From positions 1,120,001 to 1,184,000 of the forward strand of contig CBDANS010000006.1 of NCBI GenBank assembly GCA_965197745.1: a stretch of DNA of 64,000 bases. The letters run 5' to 3'. Positions 42,496 to 52,199 of this stretch are shown here, piece after piece (positions within the stretch are counted from its first letter, which is position 1; each line of letters starts with the position of its first letter). Source of the stretch: Opitutales bacterium. GTDB taxonomy: Bacteria; Verrucomicrobiota; Verrucomicrobiia; Opitutales; PNEW01. The notes beneath the pieces were generated by a model. The model searched no databases, was not told the DNA's origin, and worked only from the letters and a program-made list of their open reading frames with translations. The position numbers and the translations under genes were made by a program.

Positions 42496-42625
42496 TTAAT
42501 TAAGTTCATTATAATCTAATTACCAAATCGTGCAATATTCTGAAGAATAGCAGTCAGGTTCCAAAGGTTATATTCTGGCAGATGACTTTCCTGGCATTGG
42601 TGAAAAATTTTAAATTACGTTCGTG

Positions 42626-43210
42626 TGGAGTGACCGCCAAAAATCGTATCATTTACAGAGAGAGGTTATCCGGATAAACGGATAATCTCAATGAAAAGAA
42701 AAAGATATACAACAGAACAGACGATCGCAATACTACGGCAAGCCGATACTGGTAAAACCGTGCAGGAAGTCTGCCGTGGCAATAACTTAAGCGAACAGAC
42801 CATCTATCGCTGGGGTAAAAAGGATGGCAACTTGGAACTGGCCGATGCTCTAGCGCTATAAAGAGCTGTAAAAGAAAACACCGAGTTGAAGAAGCGAGCC
42901 GTAAAAGGTGCGGCTGAGAAAGGGTTGTGCTCGTTTTAGAGGGCTTGTGTTTAACCCCGTCTCAGTTGGTCAACATTCAGCTATCGGCCCAAGCAGATCA
43001 GTAAGAAAGTACAGCGGTTAGTCGAACGGATGGGAACCTTGTCCTGGGAACATCCTCGCTACGGTACCGGTGCATCCGTGCCTTGCTCGTCAAGGAAGGT
43101 TGGGCAACAAGCCGGAAGTTTGTCCAGGCACTACGACGATCAGAAGGGCTGCAGGTAGTAAGCCATCGAAAAAGCGTAGACCCCGTCAAGGGATCTCTAC
43201 AGGGTCGCCT
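42626..43210 (+). mobile_element. degraded IS3-family element (left end, orfA, partial orfB)
   Basis: TGGAGTGACCGCCAAAAATCGTATC left end; MKRKRYTTEQTIAILRQAD; HPRYGT; related to the copy at 48633. Confidence 0.8.
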
Positions 43211-43372
43211 ACTAAATCATATGGAATTATATATAATTGTAACCAAAGGGATTTCGCCCTTCCAGTTTTCCGGTGTTTAATATGTCTCCACTGATCATCT
43301 TTTTTAGAGAGTGTATGCCTTACTTTGTAATATATCTGCTGAGGAAACCTTTAGTTTAATCTGAATTTAAAA

Positions 43373-43888
43373 ATGGGCAGGGTAGCAGTAATCGGAAATA
43401 CGGCTGGGGGAAAGTCCACGATGTGCAAAGCTTTGAGTGAATCCAAAGGGCTTCCGGTGCATGCTGTTGATAAAATACAATGGAACCCTGGATGAACATT
43501 TTCTCCTGAAGTGGAGGTTGAAGAAAAGTTAAACGAAATAATAAAAACTGATCTGTGGATCATTGATGGGTGGGGACCATGGAAAACCATTGAGAGACGG
43601 TTTAATGCAGCCGACACTATAATATTCGTCGATCACTCTATTGGGATCCATTTCTGGTGGGCTTTTAAAAGACAAATCCTGGTGTTGTTTTTCCCGGAAC
43701 GCCTTGATAAGCCAGAGGGGTGTACCCTTCTGCACGTAACCTGTAAATTGTTTAAAATGATTTGGAGAATACATCGGCAATTGAGACCTAAACTTCTTAA
43801 ACTTGTGGATTCATATAAAGGAAGAAAAAAGGTGTTTCATATAAAGTCGCCCACCGATTTAAGGCGCTTCATGATACAGTATTGTTAG
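43373..43888 (+). pseudogene. FlaR/topology-modulation P-loop kinase with an in-frame TGA
   Basis: VIGNTAGGKST Walker A; DKIQWNPG*T with TGA at 43493-43495 at a Trp position; WIIDG...R...ADTIIF.D. Confidence 0.8.
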
Positions 43889-43995
43889 ATAAGTTGTAAT
43901 AACATCCAACAGATCACTGAAAATACTGTCCACCCTTGGGTTACTATTGTATATAATCCCCTAAAAATAAATTAGAACAATGATCCTGATATGGT

Positions 43996-44580
43996 ATGGC
44001 TAACCAAAAACAAATCGCAAATGATGTTGTTCAAATTCTGAATGCATCTGGTAAATTTGGATCTATAATCCTTGATGGCAGTCTGAAATTAGATTCTTGG
44101 GATGAAATATCTGATATAGATATAGTCGTAGAGGAAAAAAGAAGAAGCCCGTTCGAGAACGTTATGGCAGCTCTTGATGAGATTAGGAAACAAAAGGAAA
44201 TTGTTTTCTACGATTGGGCTAAAAGTCTATTACCTGAAAAGTATCTACTCTCAATATATTTGAAAGGGATACCTGTTTTTTGGTTCGTGGACATAGCCTG
44301 TTATAAAGATCCGAGGTATCGTGATATATCAAAAGAAGAAATACCACAAGACCATGCAGAACACCTCTTGAAACTTTGGATATGTAACATCAAGCATGAG
44401 ATTCGGAAGAACCAGGAAAGGAACAAAATAGACAAAGTCTATCAGAGGCTATTTCATCTATCGGGAGAAGGGGTTACTGCGAAAGAGAAGTTCATGAAAA
44501 TTTGGAAGAAGATCCCGAAAGATTCTCTGGACAACTCTGTTTTAGCTGAGTGCGAGGAGGTTTTAAGCATGATTAGCTGA
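43996..44580 (+). CDS. nucleotidyltransferase domain protein
   Basis: GSL....DEISDIDI motif. Confidence 0.7.
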   Translation: MANQKQIANDVVQILNASGKFGSIILDGSLKLDSWDEISDIDIVVEEKRRSPFENVMAALDEIRKQKEIVFYDWAKSLLPEKYLLSIYLKGIPVFWFVDIACYKDPRYRDISKEEIPQDHAEHLLKLWICNIKHEIRKNQERNKIDKVYQRLFHLSGEGVTAKEKFMKIWKKIPKDSLDNSVLAECEEVLSMIS

Positions 44581-44610
44581 ATTTATTTTATTCTGTTTTA
44601 TAAAGTGTGC

Positions 44611-45132
44611 AAAATTCGCAATATTTAAGAGAAGGATGTTAGCAGGTTAGCTGAAATCCATGTAAGATCCTGGCAAGTCGCATACAAAGGTATACTGCCT
44701 CAGGAATTCCTGGATAACTTTAGTATTAAACAACGCGAAAAATTGTGGAGAAACGATATCTTTCCGAAAATGGCTAGATCCAACTACGTATTGGAAGTAG
44801 CAGGTAATGTGCTTAGATGGGTCTCTGCAGGTCCGGCAAGGGATGATGATGATGATGAGAATATAATTGGTGAATTGTATGGCATTTATCTTGATCCGCA
44901 ATTTTACAGAATGGGTTAAGGTACTAAATTGTGGCATGAGGCAAAGCAACATTTACTTAGAGATGGATTCAATGAAATTGCACTGTGGGTTTTAGAGGGA
45001 AATGTGAGAGCTAGAAGATTTTATGAGAAAATAGGATTTTCATTGGTAAAGAATGCAGAAAAGAAATTGGTTTGGGTTGATGGTGTTAAAGAGGTAAGGT
45101 ATCGCTATATCGTCAGAAAAAGTGATGATTAA
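44611..45132 (+). pseudogene. GNAT acetyltransferase with two in-frame TAA
   Basis: One frame reads KIRNI*EKDVSRLAEIHVRSWQVAYKGILP...GELYGIYLDP..YRMG*GTKL...LWVLEGN.RARRFYEK.GF. Confidence 0.85.
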
Positions 45133-45226
45133 ACATGTAGTAGCCCTGACTTATTAATAGATCTTTATTATTTATCATGGATTAACCTCTAGCAAATTGT
45201 GCTAAGCAATAGACCAGATTATTTAT

Positions 45227-46255
45227 ATGAATACACAAGAAGCACTTGCTGCAATTGAAAGGTTTTCTGAGCCGCACGTCGTCGTCGTTGGCGACGTTAT
45301 GTTGGACATATATGAATTTTGTTCAACGGCAGAGAGTAAAGTTCTTGAATCTGAAAAACCAGGGAAACGTGCTTATAAGGCACAGGCTTTTCACAAGGTC
45401 CTTGGCGGAGCGGGAAATGTAGCTGCTAGTCTCGCATCGTTAGGTGTAAGCACATCTTTGGTAGGTGTTACAGGAAATGACGAGCATTACTTCAAGATCA
45501 GAGAACTGGCTGGTGATCTCAATATCAGACATTACTTTATTCGCGATTCATCGAGACCCTCAACCGTTAAGATGCGTCTTTATGTAGACAACGATTACCT
45601 TCTACGACGTGACCATGAATCTACGAACAAAATAGATAAGGAAACATCCGGAACAGTATTAAACGAAGTCCTTCATGAATTGAAGAACGCCGACGTTATT
45701 ATTCTCAGTGATTATAATAAAGGCGTATTCACTGAGGATAACACTTATCAGATTGTGAAGGAGTGTCGGATGCAGAACGTCCCACTCATTGTTGATTTCA
45801 AACCCCCGAATCTTGCTTTGTTTAAGGGTTCCGAGATCATGGCTCCAAACCAGCAAGAAGCAGTGGAGATGGTCTCAGGGTTTTCTCTAGACGATAGACT
45901 TGAAGATTCCGTTCGACGATTACACGATCTCCTTCAATGCGAAAATACGGTCGTAACTCTGGGAGATAAGGGAGTGTGCGGTTTCGATGGAACATGCTTT
46001 TTTCACATTCCAGGTCATAAAGTTAAAGCAGTCGATACTGTTGGCTGTGGAGATACGGTTCGTGCTGGTCTGGCATTGGGTTATGCGCTTGGCCTTAATC
46101 TAAGGGATTGTGCCGAATTGGGAAACGATGCTGCAGGAGTAATCGTTCAAAAACCGTTAACAGCAATGCTGTCGAGGGAGGAACTTACGGCATTTGTGCG
46201 CGCTAATCATTCGAAGATATTTGCAGAAACACAAAAATCTACACCAGCTAGTTAA
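45227..46255 (+). CDS. PfkB-family kinase, HldA/RfaE heptose-7-phosphate kinase-like
   Basis: VVGDVMLD, GGAGNVA, LSDYNKG, PNQQEA, DTVGCGD. Confidence 0.85.
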   Translation: MNTQEALAAIERFSEPHVVVVGDVMLDIYEFCSTAESKVLESEKPGKRAYKAQAFHKVLGGAGNVAASLASLGVSTSLVGVTGNDEHYFKIRELAGDLNIRHYFIRDSSRPSTVKMRLYVDNDYLLRRDHESTNKIDKETSGTVLNEVLHELKNADVIILSDYNKGVFTEDNTYQIVKECRMQNVPLIVDFKPPNLALFKGSEIMAPNQQEAVEMVSGFSLDDRLEDSVRRLHDLLQCENTVVTLGDKGVCGFDGTCFFHIPGHKVKAVDTVGCGDTVRAGLALGYALGLNLRDCAELGNDAAGVIVQKPLTAMLSREELTAFVRANHSKIFAETQKSTPAS

Positions 46256-46282
46256 AAAGGTTAATCTAAATATTGGCTGAAA

Positions 46283-46720
46283 ATGAGTGATTGTATATTT
46301 TGCCAGATCATTGCTGGAGAAAGTCCGGCTAGCGTATTCTATGAAGATGATATTGTGCTTGGATTGATGACGATCGGCCCCGTTACGTGTGGCCCATTCC
46401 ATGATTTCACCAAAAAAGCATTTTACATATATGGCTGATATGGATGAAGAGACTGGACGTCATCTATTCACAATAACTCAGAGAACTGCCGCCGCAATAC
46501 GCCAATCAAGTATAAGGTGCGAGGGTAATAATCTCATCTTGGCGGACGGTGAAGCAGCATCCCAAGAAGTCTTTCATCTCCACATGCATATTTTCCCACG
46601 ATACAGGGGAGATTCGTTTAAACTCGTTGCAGACTGGAAAATAAGCCACCACGAGATGAACTAGATCAAGTTGCAGGACAGATAAAATCTGCGTATGATA
46701 AGCTTTGGTCGAATTCTTAA
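46283..46720 (+). pseudogene. HIT family hydrolase, two frameshifts
   Basis: DCIFCQII.G..P...YEDD and the FHLHMH triad lie in different frames. Confidence 0.85.
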
Positions 46721-46797
46721 ATAGAATGAAACGAGCAATAGGTTTCAATTTAAAATAAATTTAATTTTGGATCATAGTTTCAAACTAACTGAATAAT

Positions 46798-47409
46798 ATG
46801 AGGCAATGTGATGTTTTTTTGCAGAAACGGGGGGTTTTATTAAGAGACTTAGGCTATGAATCTGATCAAGGGCAGCTGGAACAAACCGCAAGCAGTATCA
46901 TTTTCTATCACTACACCAATCAAGAAAGGTTGGATGAAATATGGTCCTCGGGTGGGCTATGGGCACGTTTACGAGTTTTGCCCTCAGAACTCACTCCTGA
47001 ATTTGTGAATTATTACCTTATCGAAGGAATATTGGAGCCGTTGCCAAAGTGGTTTTGCGACGGACCCTATTTTGGTGACTTACCCCTCGAAATGATGAGG
47101 GAATATGTTGGCGATTACCTTCTTCGGATTGAGGTTCCACTAGACTTCCCCGGACTATATGTTGTTGATCATGCTCACCCGTTTGAATGTAAACATTTTA
47201 ATCGACGCGGATCTTATGCCTTACACTTAGGTTACGACTGTCGAACTGGTCATGAGGTGGTACGGGCTTTTACTCATTCCTACATTCCTGTCTCCGGGTA
47301 TAAGGGAGGTCATATTGCTCCAGGAGTACAGACTATTCGCAATGGTGAAGGAATAGCAATTCCGAAAAAGTATATCTCAGAATCAGAGTACCAACCTTTA
47401 CAGGAATAA
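46798..47409 (+). CDS. hypothetical protein, possible ADP-ribosyltransferase fold
   Basis: 203-aa ORF in the co-oriented array; FYHYT...L..I...GGL N-terminal motif. Confidence 0.55.
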   Translation: MRQCDVFLQKRGVLLRDLGYESDQGQLEQTASSIIFYHYTNQERLDEIWSSGGLWARLRVLPSELTPEFVNYYLIEGILEPLPKWFCDGPYFGDLPLEMMREYVGDYLLRIEVPLDFPGLYVVDHAHPFECKHFNRRGSYALHLGYDCRTGHEVVRAFTHSYIPVSGYKGGHIAPGVQTIRNGEGIAIPKKYISESEYQPLQE

Positions 47410-47415
47410 TCAATC

Positions 47416-47955
47416 TTGAGAACAATCACCCAAGAACAAGTAGAAGCTATCAAAACACTATTCACGGAGGCAGAGCGCCAAGGGATTCTGTTGTGGCTTG
47501 AAAGTGGGTGGGCTATCGATGCCAGGCTTGGTAAAATTACTCGAGCCCACGAAGATATAGACGTTGCTTTCCCTGACGATCATCGAACCACTTATTTGGA
47601 ACTTATTAAGTTGCTTGGGTATAACCGATACCAGGAGATGGATTACGGGTTCCTCACATTCAAAGATGGAATTCTTTTAGATTTAGAGCCCTGTTTCCAA
47701 TTGAATGGAGAGTACAATTTGAAAGGTTTCCCAAGCGGAACCTGTCCTTTCGCTAAGGAGGGGACAATAGATGTCTTCAAAGTCAGATGCTTGAGCTGGA
47801 AAGGTATGTACTTTGAATTTATCAACTACATGGTTGAAACTCCGCAAGACAGATGGAGACCCCAGGATTTCGATAGCTTAAAGGTGATCAAAAATCAAAT
47901 CGGGATAGAAAATAGGAAACTTTTACAAGAGCAATATAAGAGATCGACGACATAA
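47416..47955 (+). CDS. aminoglycoside-2''-O-nucleotidyltransferase (AadB/ANT(2''))-like protein
   Basis: GWAIDARLG..TR.HEDID..FP, DYGFL, LLD.EP, P.G.CP...EG.I....VRC.SW; same length class as AadB. Confidence 0.8.
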   Translation: MRTITQEQVEAIKTLFTEAERQGILLWLESGWAIDARLGKITRAHEDIDVAFPDDHRTTYLELIKLLGYNRYQEMDYGFLTFKDGILLDLEPCFQLNGEYNLKGFPSGTCPFAKEGTIDVFKVRCLSWKGMYFEFINYMVETPQDRWRPQDFDSLKVIKNQIGIENRKLLQEQYKRSTT

Positions 47956-48014
47956 ACTAAGCATTCAATTAATTCGATAAAAGTATCGAAGATAATATTT
48001 TTAATATTTAAGAA

Positions 48015-48434
48015 ATGAATATTACTCAATTACCTTTTAACCGGTTCATAGGCATAGAAAAGTGTGAGAATAAAGATGATGGAATATTTCAACTACCAGC
48101 GGATCCAAAATACTTAAACCATGTAGATACCGTTCACGCCAGTGCTTTATATGCTTTAGCTGAAGCGGCGAGCGGCGAGTTTCTGGCTCAAAATATAAAG
48201 TTAGATAAAGAATCTGTATCCCCTATCCTTCGACGTGCTGACATCAAGTACCGAAAGCCAGCAACGGGGCAAGTTTACGCGAAGGGGATCTACAAAGAAG
48301 AAGATTGGGATAAGTTTCACGAATCCTATTATAAGAAAAAGATAGCACTGATTGCATTTCAGATTGATATAATTAATGACGAGAATACTGCAGTTGCTAC
48401 AGCCCACTATGAGTGGTTTGTCTCAGGAAAATAA
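48015..48434 (+). CDS. hot-dog fold thioesterase (PaaI/DUF4442-like)
   Basis: PFN.FIGI, NHV.TVHA.A..ALAE..SG, I.YRKPA. Confidence 0.8.
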   Translation: MNITQLPFNRFIGIEKCENKDDGIFQLPADPKYLNHVDTVHASALYALAEAASGEFLAQNIKLDKESVSPILRRADIKYRKPATGQVYAKGIYKEEDWDKFHESYYKKKIALIAFQIDIINDENTAVATAHYEWFVSGK

Positions 48435-48501
48435 TATCTGAGGAATTATACTTAAACTTTCATTCAATTTAAAAAGCGGCGTTTACGTTTCTTATAGGGA
48501 A

Positions 48502-48632
48502 CAATGAAATTAAAAAACGGATAACATGGCTTTGGGAAGATTGGATAATACCTATTCTTATCGCATGTGCATTTGTCATTCCTATTAGATCAAGTTTGGC
48601 TGACTGGTACTGGGTGCTATCAGGATCAATGA
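48502..48632 (+). pseudogene. lepB: signal peptidase I N-terminal fragment, cut by IS3
   Basis: TM segment, then IRSSLADWYWVLSGSM (catalytic Ser box), ending exactly at the IS left end at 48633. Confidence 0.7.
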
Positions 48633-49085
48633 TGGCGTGACCCAAAAAAAGTCGTATCATTTACAGTGAGAGGTTATCGGAATAAACAGATAACCTCAAT
48701 GAAAAGAAAAGATACACAACAGAACAGATCATAGCAATACTGCGGCAAGCCGATACCGGCAAAACGGTAGAGGAAATCTGCCGTGGTAACAACCTAAGCG
48801 AACAAACCTTCTATCGCTGGGGTAAAAAGGATGGCAACTTGGAGCTGGACGATGCGAAGCGCTATAAAAAGCTGGAAAAAGAAAACACCGAACTGAAGAA
48901 GCTGCTTGCTGATCAAATGCTCAAGAACCAGGTCTTGGAGGAAACGCTGTTAAAAAAGTGGTGAGCCCAAAGCAGAAGACGCGAGCAGTAAAAGATACGA
49001 TTTTTTTGGGTCACTCCACGGGGACCCTACCAAATGCGTGTGGTTGACGAAACTGAAGGCAGTTGTAAGATGGTTATCACATCAA
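48633..49085 (+). mobile_element. IS3 remnant (left end + orfA) with an inverted second left-end copy at 48994-49018
   Basis: TGGCGTGACCCAAAAAAAGTCGTATC ... GATACGATTTTTTTGGGTCACTCCA; orfA RYTTEQIIAILRQAD...LLKKW. Confidence 0.8.
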
Positions 49086-49180
49086 TCATCAATAAGGTTC
49101 GCCTGGACGGTGAACCACCTCTCGCTCATGGATGAGCCAGGTACTGATGTTCCTTCGTGCTTCATTGTAGTCTGCATAAC

Positions 49181-50521
49181 TGGTCGTGACCACGAAAACT
49201 GGTCCACTTGAAAAGTTAGTCTGGGACACCTGGAAAGGACTCAGACAATGAAAGGCAAAAGCTATACAACCGAAGAGAAGATACGGATGCTGCGGCAGGC
49301 GGACAAAGGGAAAACGATCCTGGAAGCATGCCGCGAGAACAACATAAGCGAACAGAGCTTCCACCGCTGGAAACGTGAGTTTGGGATGATTGATGTCAAC
49401 CAGGCCAAGCGGATGAAGGAACTCTTTGAAGGAGAACGCGCGGTTAAAACGGATGCTGGCGGACAAGCTGCTGGGGATAGAGATTGTGCAGGAGACCCTC
49501 GAAAAAAAATGGGAGATGCCGCTTACGCTCGGTAGTAAGCCCTGGGCACAAGCGGCAAGTGGCAGAGAGACTTGTGGCCCGGAGCCAGTGTTCGATGCGT
49601 GGAGCGTGCCGATACTTTCACCTGCACCGCTCCACCTATGCGTATGGGGCGAAGTATCCGGATGCCTGGCTAACGAAACTGAAAGCGGCAGTAAGGCGGT
49701 TATCACGGCAATACGCGAGGTGGGGCTATCCGAAGATCACGAAGCTGTTGAAGGACGAAGGCTGGCAGGTGGGTAAAGGTCTCGTGCAAGGTCTGCGACG
49801 TGAACTGGGCCTGGCGATCCCCCCACGCAAGCCAAGGCGTCGGCGCAGGGGTGTCTCCACCGGGCTGCCGACGAAGGCCGAACATCCCGACCCTGTTTGG
49901 ACCTGGGATTTTATTCACGATAAGACGGTCCGCGGTGGGAATCTCAAAATGCTGACCGTCCTTGACGGGTACACCCGCGAGTGCCGGGTGATCCATGTCG
50001 ATCGCCATATCAATGCGGAGAAGGTGCGCGGGGTCATGCAAAAACTGCTCGACCGTAATGGGCCGCCAAAATATATTCGCAGCGACAATGGATCGGTTCC
50101 GAGGAGCTAAGCGACGACATGCGAAGCCATTTATTGGAAGTGAATTGAGAGCCTGGCTAACTGCGATGAAAATCAATACCCTCTATATCCAACCAGCAAG
50201 CCCTTGGCAGAACGGATACATCGAATCGTTGCATGCCCGTTTTCGCGAGGAGTGTTTAAACCGTGAACAGCTATGGACTTTGACCAAAGCCCGCGTGGTG
50301 ATCGAAGATTGGCGCTGGCTTTACAATAATGTCCGACCCCACCGCAGCCTCGGCAATATCACCCCACGGTGCTTCGCTGAAGACATTAATACCAAAGGCT
50401 TGGGCTCCATTCGGGCTACGCCCTCATTGCGCCCAAGCCTTGACTTCCTCTACCAACTTAACTTCAACATTAACCTCTCCAGACTAACTCTCCCGGTGGA
50501 CCAGTTTGCGTAACCTGACCA
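49181..50521 (+). mobile_element. IS3-family insertion sequence, diverged copy of 35348-36665
   Basis: Same IRL/IRR and orfs; 23 bp longer owing to an insert after the A8 run; no target duplication seen. Confidence 0.93.
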
Positions 50522-50577
50522 TGCTCTTTAGGACCAGACATCTTCATTAATGCTTTAGCTGCTTTATTAATCTTTTT

Positions 50578-51122
50578 CGGAATGTTCACTTTAAGGGCTA
50601 AGCAAGAACTTCTCAAGTCTTTTATGGATAGTAGCCATATTCTTTAATTGACACTCTCATATTACTAAAACGGCCCAACCTTCCTTTCTTATTTAGCTTA
50701 GGTGCTTTTTGTCTCTAACAGCATTGCGTTTCAATTTCGGGTTCCAATAGCCTTTATTAGTTTTTGGCATATTTTTACCTGCCTTGCAATGGTGTCCATG
50801 CCAGAAGCAGGCATGCGCAGAATATAACCTTTTTCCGTTTGGTGAAAACTACGTCTGGCTTTCCGGGCAACGCATTATAATGAATCCTGCATCCTCTAAA
50901 TCCCATGTCTAATAAAAGACGCCTTAGCTTCAATTCAGGAGTAGTATTTTTCGACTTAACCCGTGCCATATGAGGTCTAGAAATATTAAATTAAAAAATA
51001 CTTTTAGGGTTTGACATATTTATAAATAGTTAAGTGAAAATGGTTATTTGGGATTTTTTAAAAATAGACGATATTAAACCCTTTGCGAAATATGAGATTT
51101 AGCTCTTAAAGTGAACATTCCG
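50578..51122. mobile_element. non-autonomous mobile cassette (MITE/MIC) with 24-bp terminal inverted repeats carrying vsr
   Basis: CGGAATGTTCACTTTAAGGGCTAA (50578-50601) matches the reverse complement of 51099-51122 at 23/24 positions. There is no transposase inside, and a second copy lies at 57632-58032. Confidence 0.8.
50591..50969 (-). pseudogene. vsr: very short patch repair endonuclease
   Basis: M.RVKSKNTTPE..LR...LPGKPD, then a +1 frameshift, then HACFWHGH...YW.PK..RN..RD...GW.VLVI*ECQ; two internal stops; terminal stop codon inside the left TIR. Confidence 0.88.
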
Positions 51123-51133
51123 TAAAATAATTA

Positions 51134-51964
51134 TCAGAAACGGGACTCCCAATCGGTGGCGATTTTAAAACTTTCCTCGAGGACGCTTTCGGTTGTCTCA
51201 CGAGTGGAAGCCACTTCAAGAGTCCTTGAACCGGTAAAATTTAGATCTGCTAATCTTCCAATAAACCCATCCCAGTCAATGATCCCTTTCCCTGGCACCC
51301 AGTGTTGATCGCCGTTTCCGTCGGTATCATGCAAATGTAAGGTGAACAATCTGTCCGCCGCCACATTTAATTGCTGCAGCGGGTCGTGTCCTGAGAACCT
51401 GGCGTGAGTAGTATCAAGACATAAGCCAACATACTCCCTTGGCATATCTGCAATTAACTCGAACAGATCTTCCATTGAATGTAAGGGCCGCGCTGACCCA
51501 ACATGGCACAGATTCTCCAAAGCAATTTTTATTCCAGTATCGATTGCGCTTTCAACCAACTCGAGAATAGATTCTTTAGTCTTGGTTACGCTCGCATCTC
51601 GATTTTCTTCTCTATACATGCTGAACATATCAGGATAGGAGCCATTGGGGTGAACGACCACCGATTCAGCTCCCAGCTCCTTAAAAAAAGTAAACGACCT
51701 GGCAACTTCCGCCAGCGAAACTTTTCTTTTTTCACTATCCAGCGATGCCAAATCGATGCCCCCAATCGGGCTGTGACCAACGCGCATTGAAAGATCAAAG
51801 CGATTCATAAGCGAATGAATCTCTTCTATCGAATCCATTCCAAGCGAGAAATGAGGAGGTTCCCATAACAACTCAACCTCGTTAAAGCCCGCTTTTTTTA
51901 TTCTTTCAAGGCCCGATTCCAGTTCTTCAGGCAGAATAACCGTGGTGTTGATTCCGTATTGCAT
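51134..51964 (-). CDS. sugar phosphate isomerase/epimerase (xylose isomerase-like TIM barrel)
   Basis: GF..VEL, ALEN, CLDTTH, LHLHD, H..PG.G.IDW, TLE. Confidence 0.9.
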   Translation of the reverse strand: MQYGINTTVILPEELESGLERIKKAGFNEVELLWEPPHFSLGMDSIEEIHSLMNRFDLSMRVGHSPIGGIDLASLDSEKRKVSLAEVARSFTFFKELGAESVVVHPNGSYPDMFSMYREENRDASVTKTKESILELVESAIDTGIKIALENLCHVGSARPLHSMEDLFELIADMPREYVGLCLDTTHARFSGHDPLQQLNVAADRLFTLHLHDTDGNGDQHWVPGKGIIDWDGFIGRLADLNFTGSRTLEVASTRETTESVLEESFKIATDWESRF

Positions 51965-52199
51965 TTTAGTCGAAAGTCAAAGGTCGAAGGTCAAAAGTCA
52001 GAGGATGATTCACATCAGTCACCATAATCGATTGCGAATTTTCGATTTTATTTTTTAAAAAATTAAAAATACCGCAATTGTCAGAAGGAGAACCATGTGG
52101 GGTGCTATTTCTAAGAGACTATTCTGAAGTGTATTAAGCCAACTCGATTAAAAGCAGCTTAGATTATTAATAGCAAATTTTTTTGAATTAAGATAATAC

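Noticed and set aside
25482..48632. A bona fide integron
   Set aside because: No tyrosine recombinase, attI or complete attC was found. It is kept only as a low-confidence eroded-array idea.
8038..50684. UGA read as Trp (alternative genetic code), since TGA falls at probable Trp positions at 8038, 43493 and ~50682
   Set aside because: Many intact genes here terminate with TGA and use TGG for Trp throughout. Two of the three affected genes have other lesions, so TGG>TGA transitions explain it.
50591..50969. Loss of vsr as the cause of the nonsense mutations
   Set aside because: The G>A lesions do not share a common methylation-site context, and no cognate cytosine methyltransferase is present in the window.
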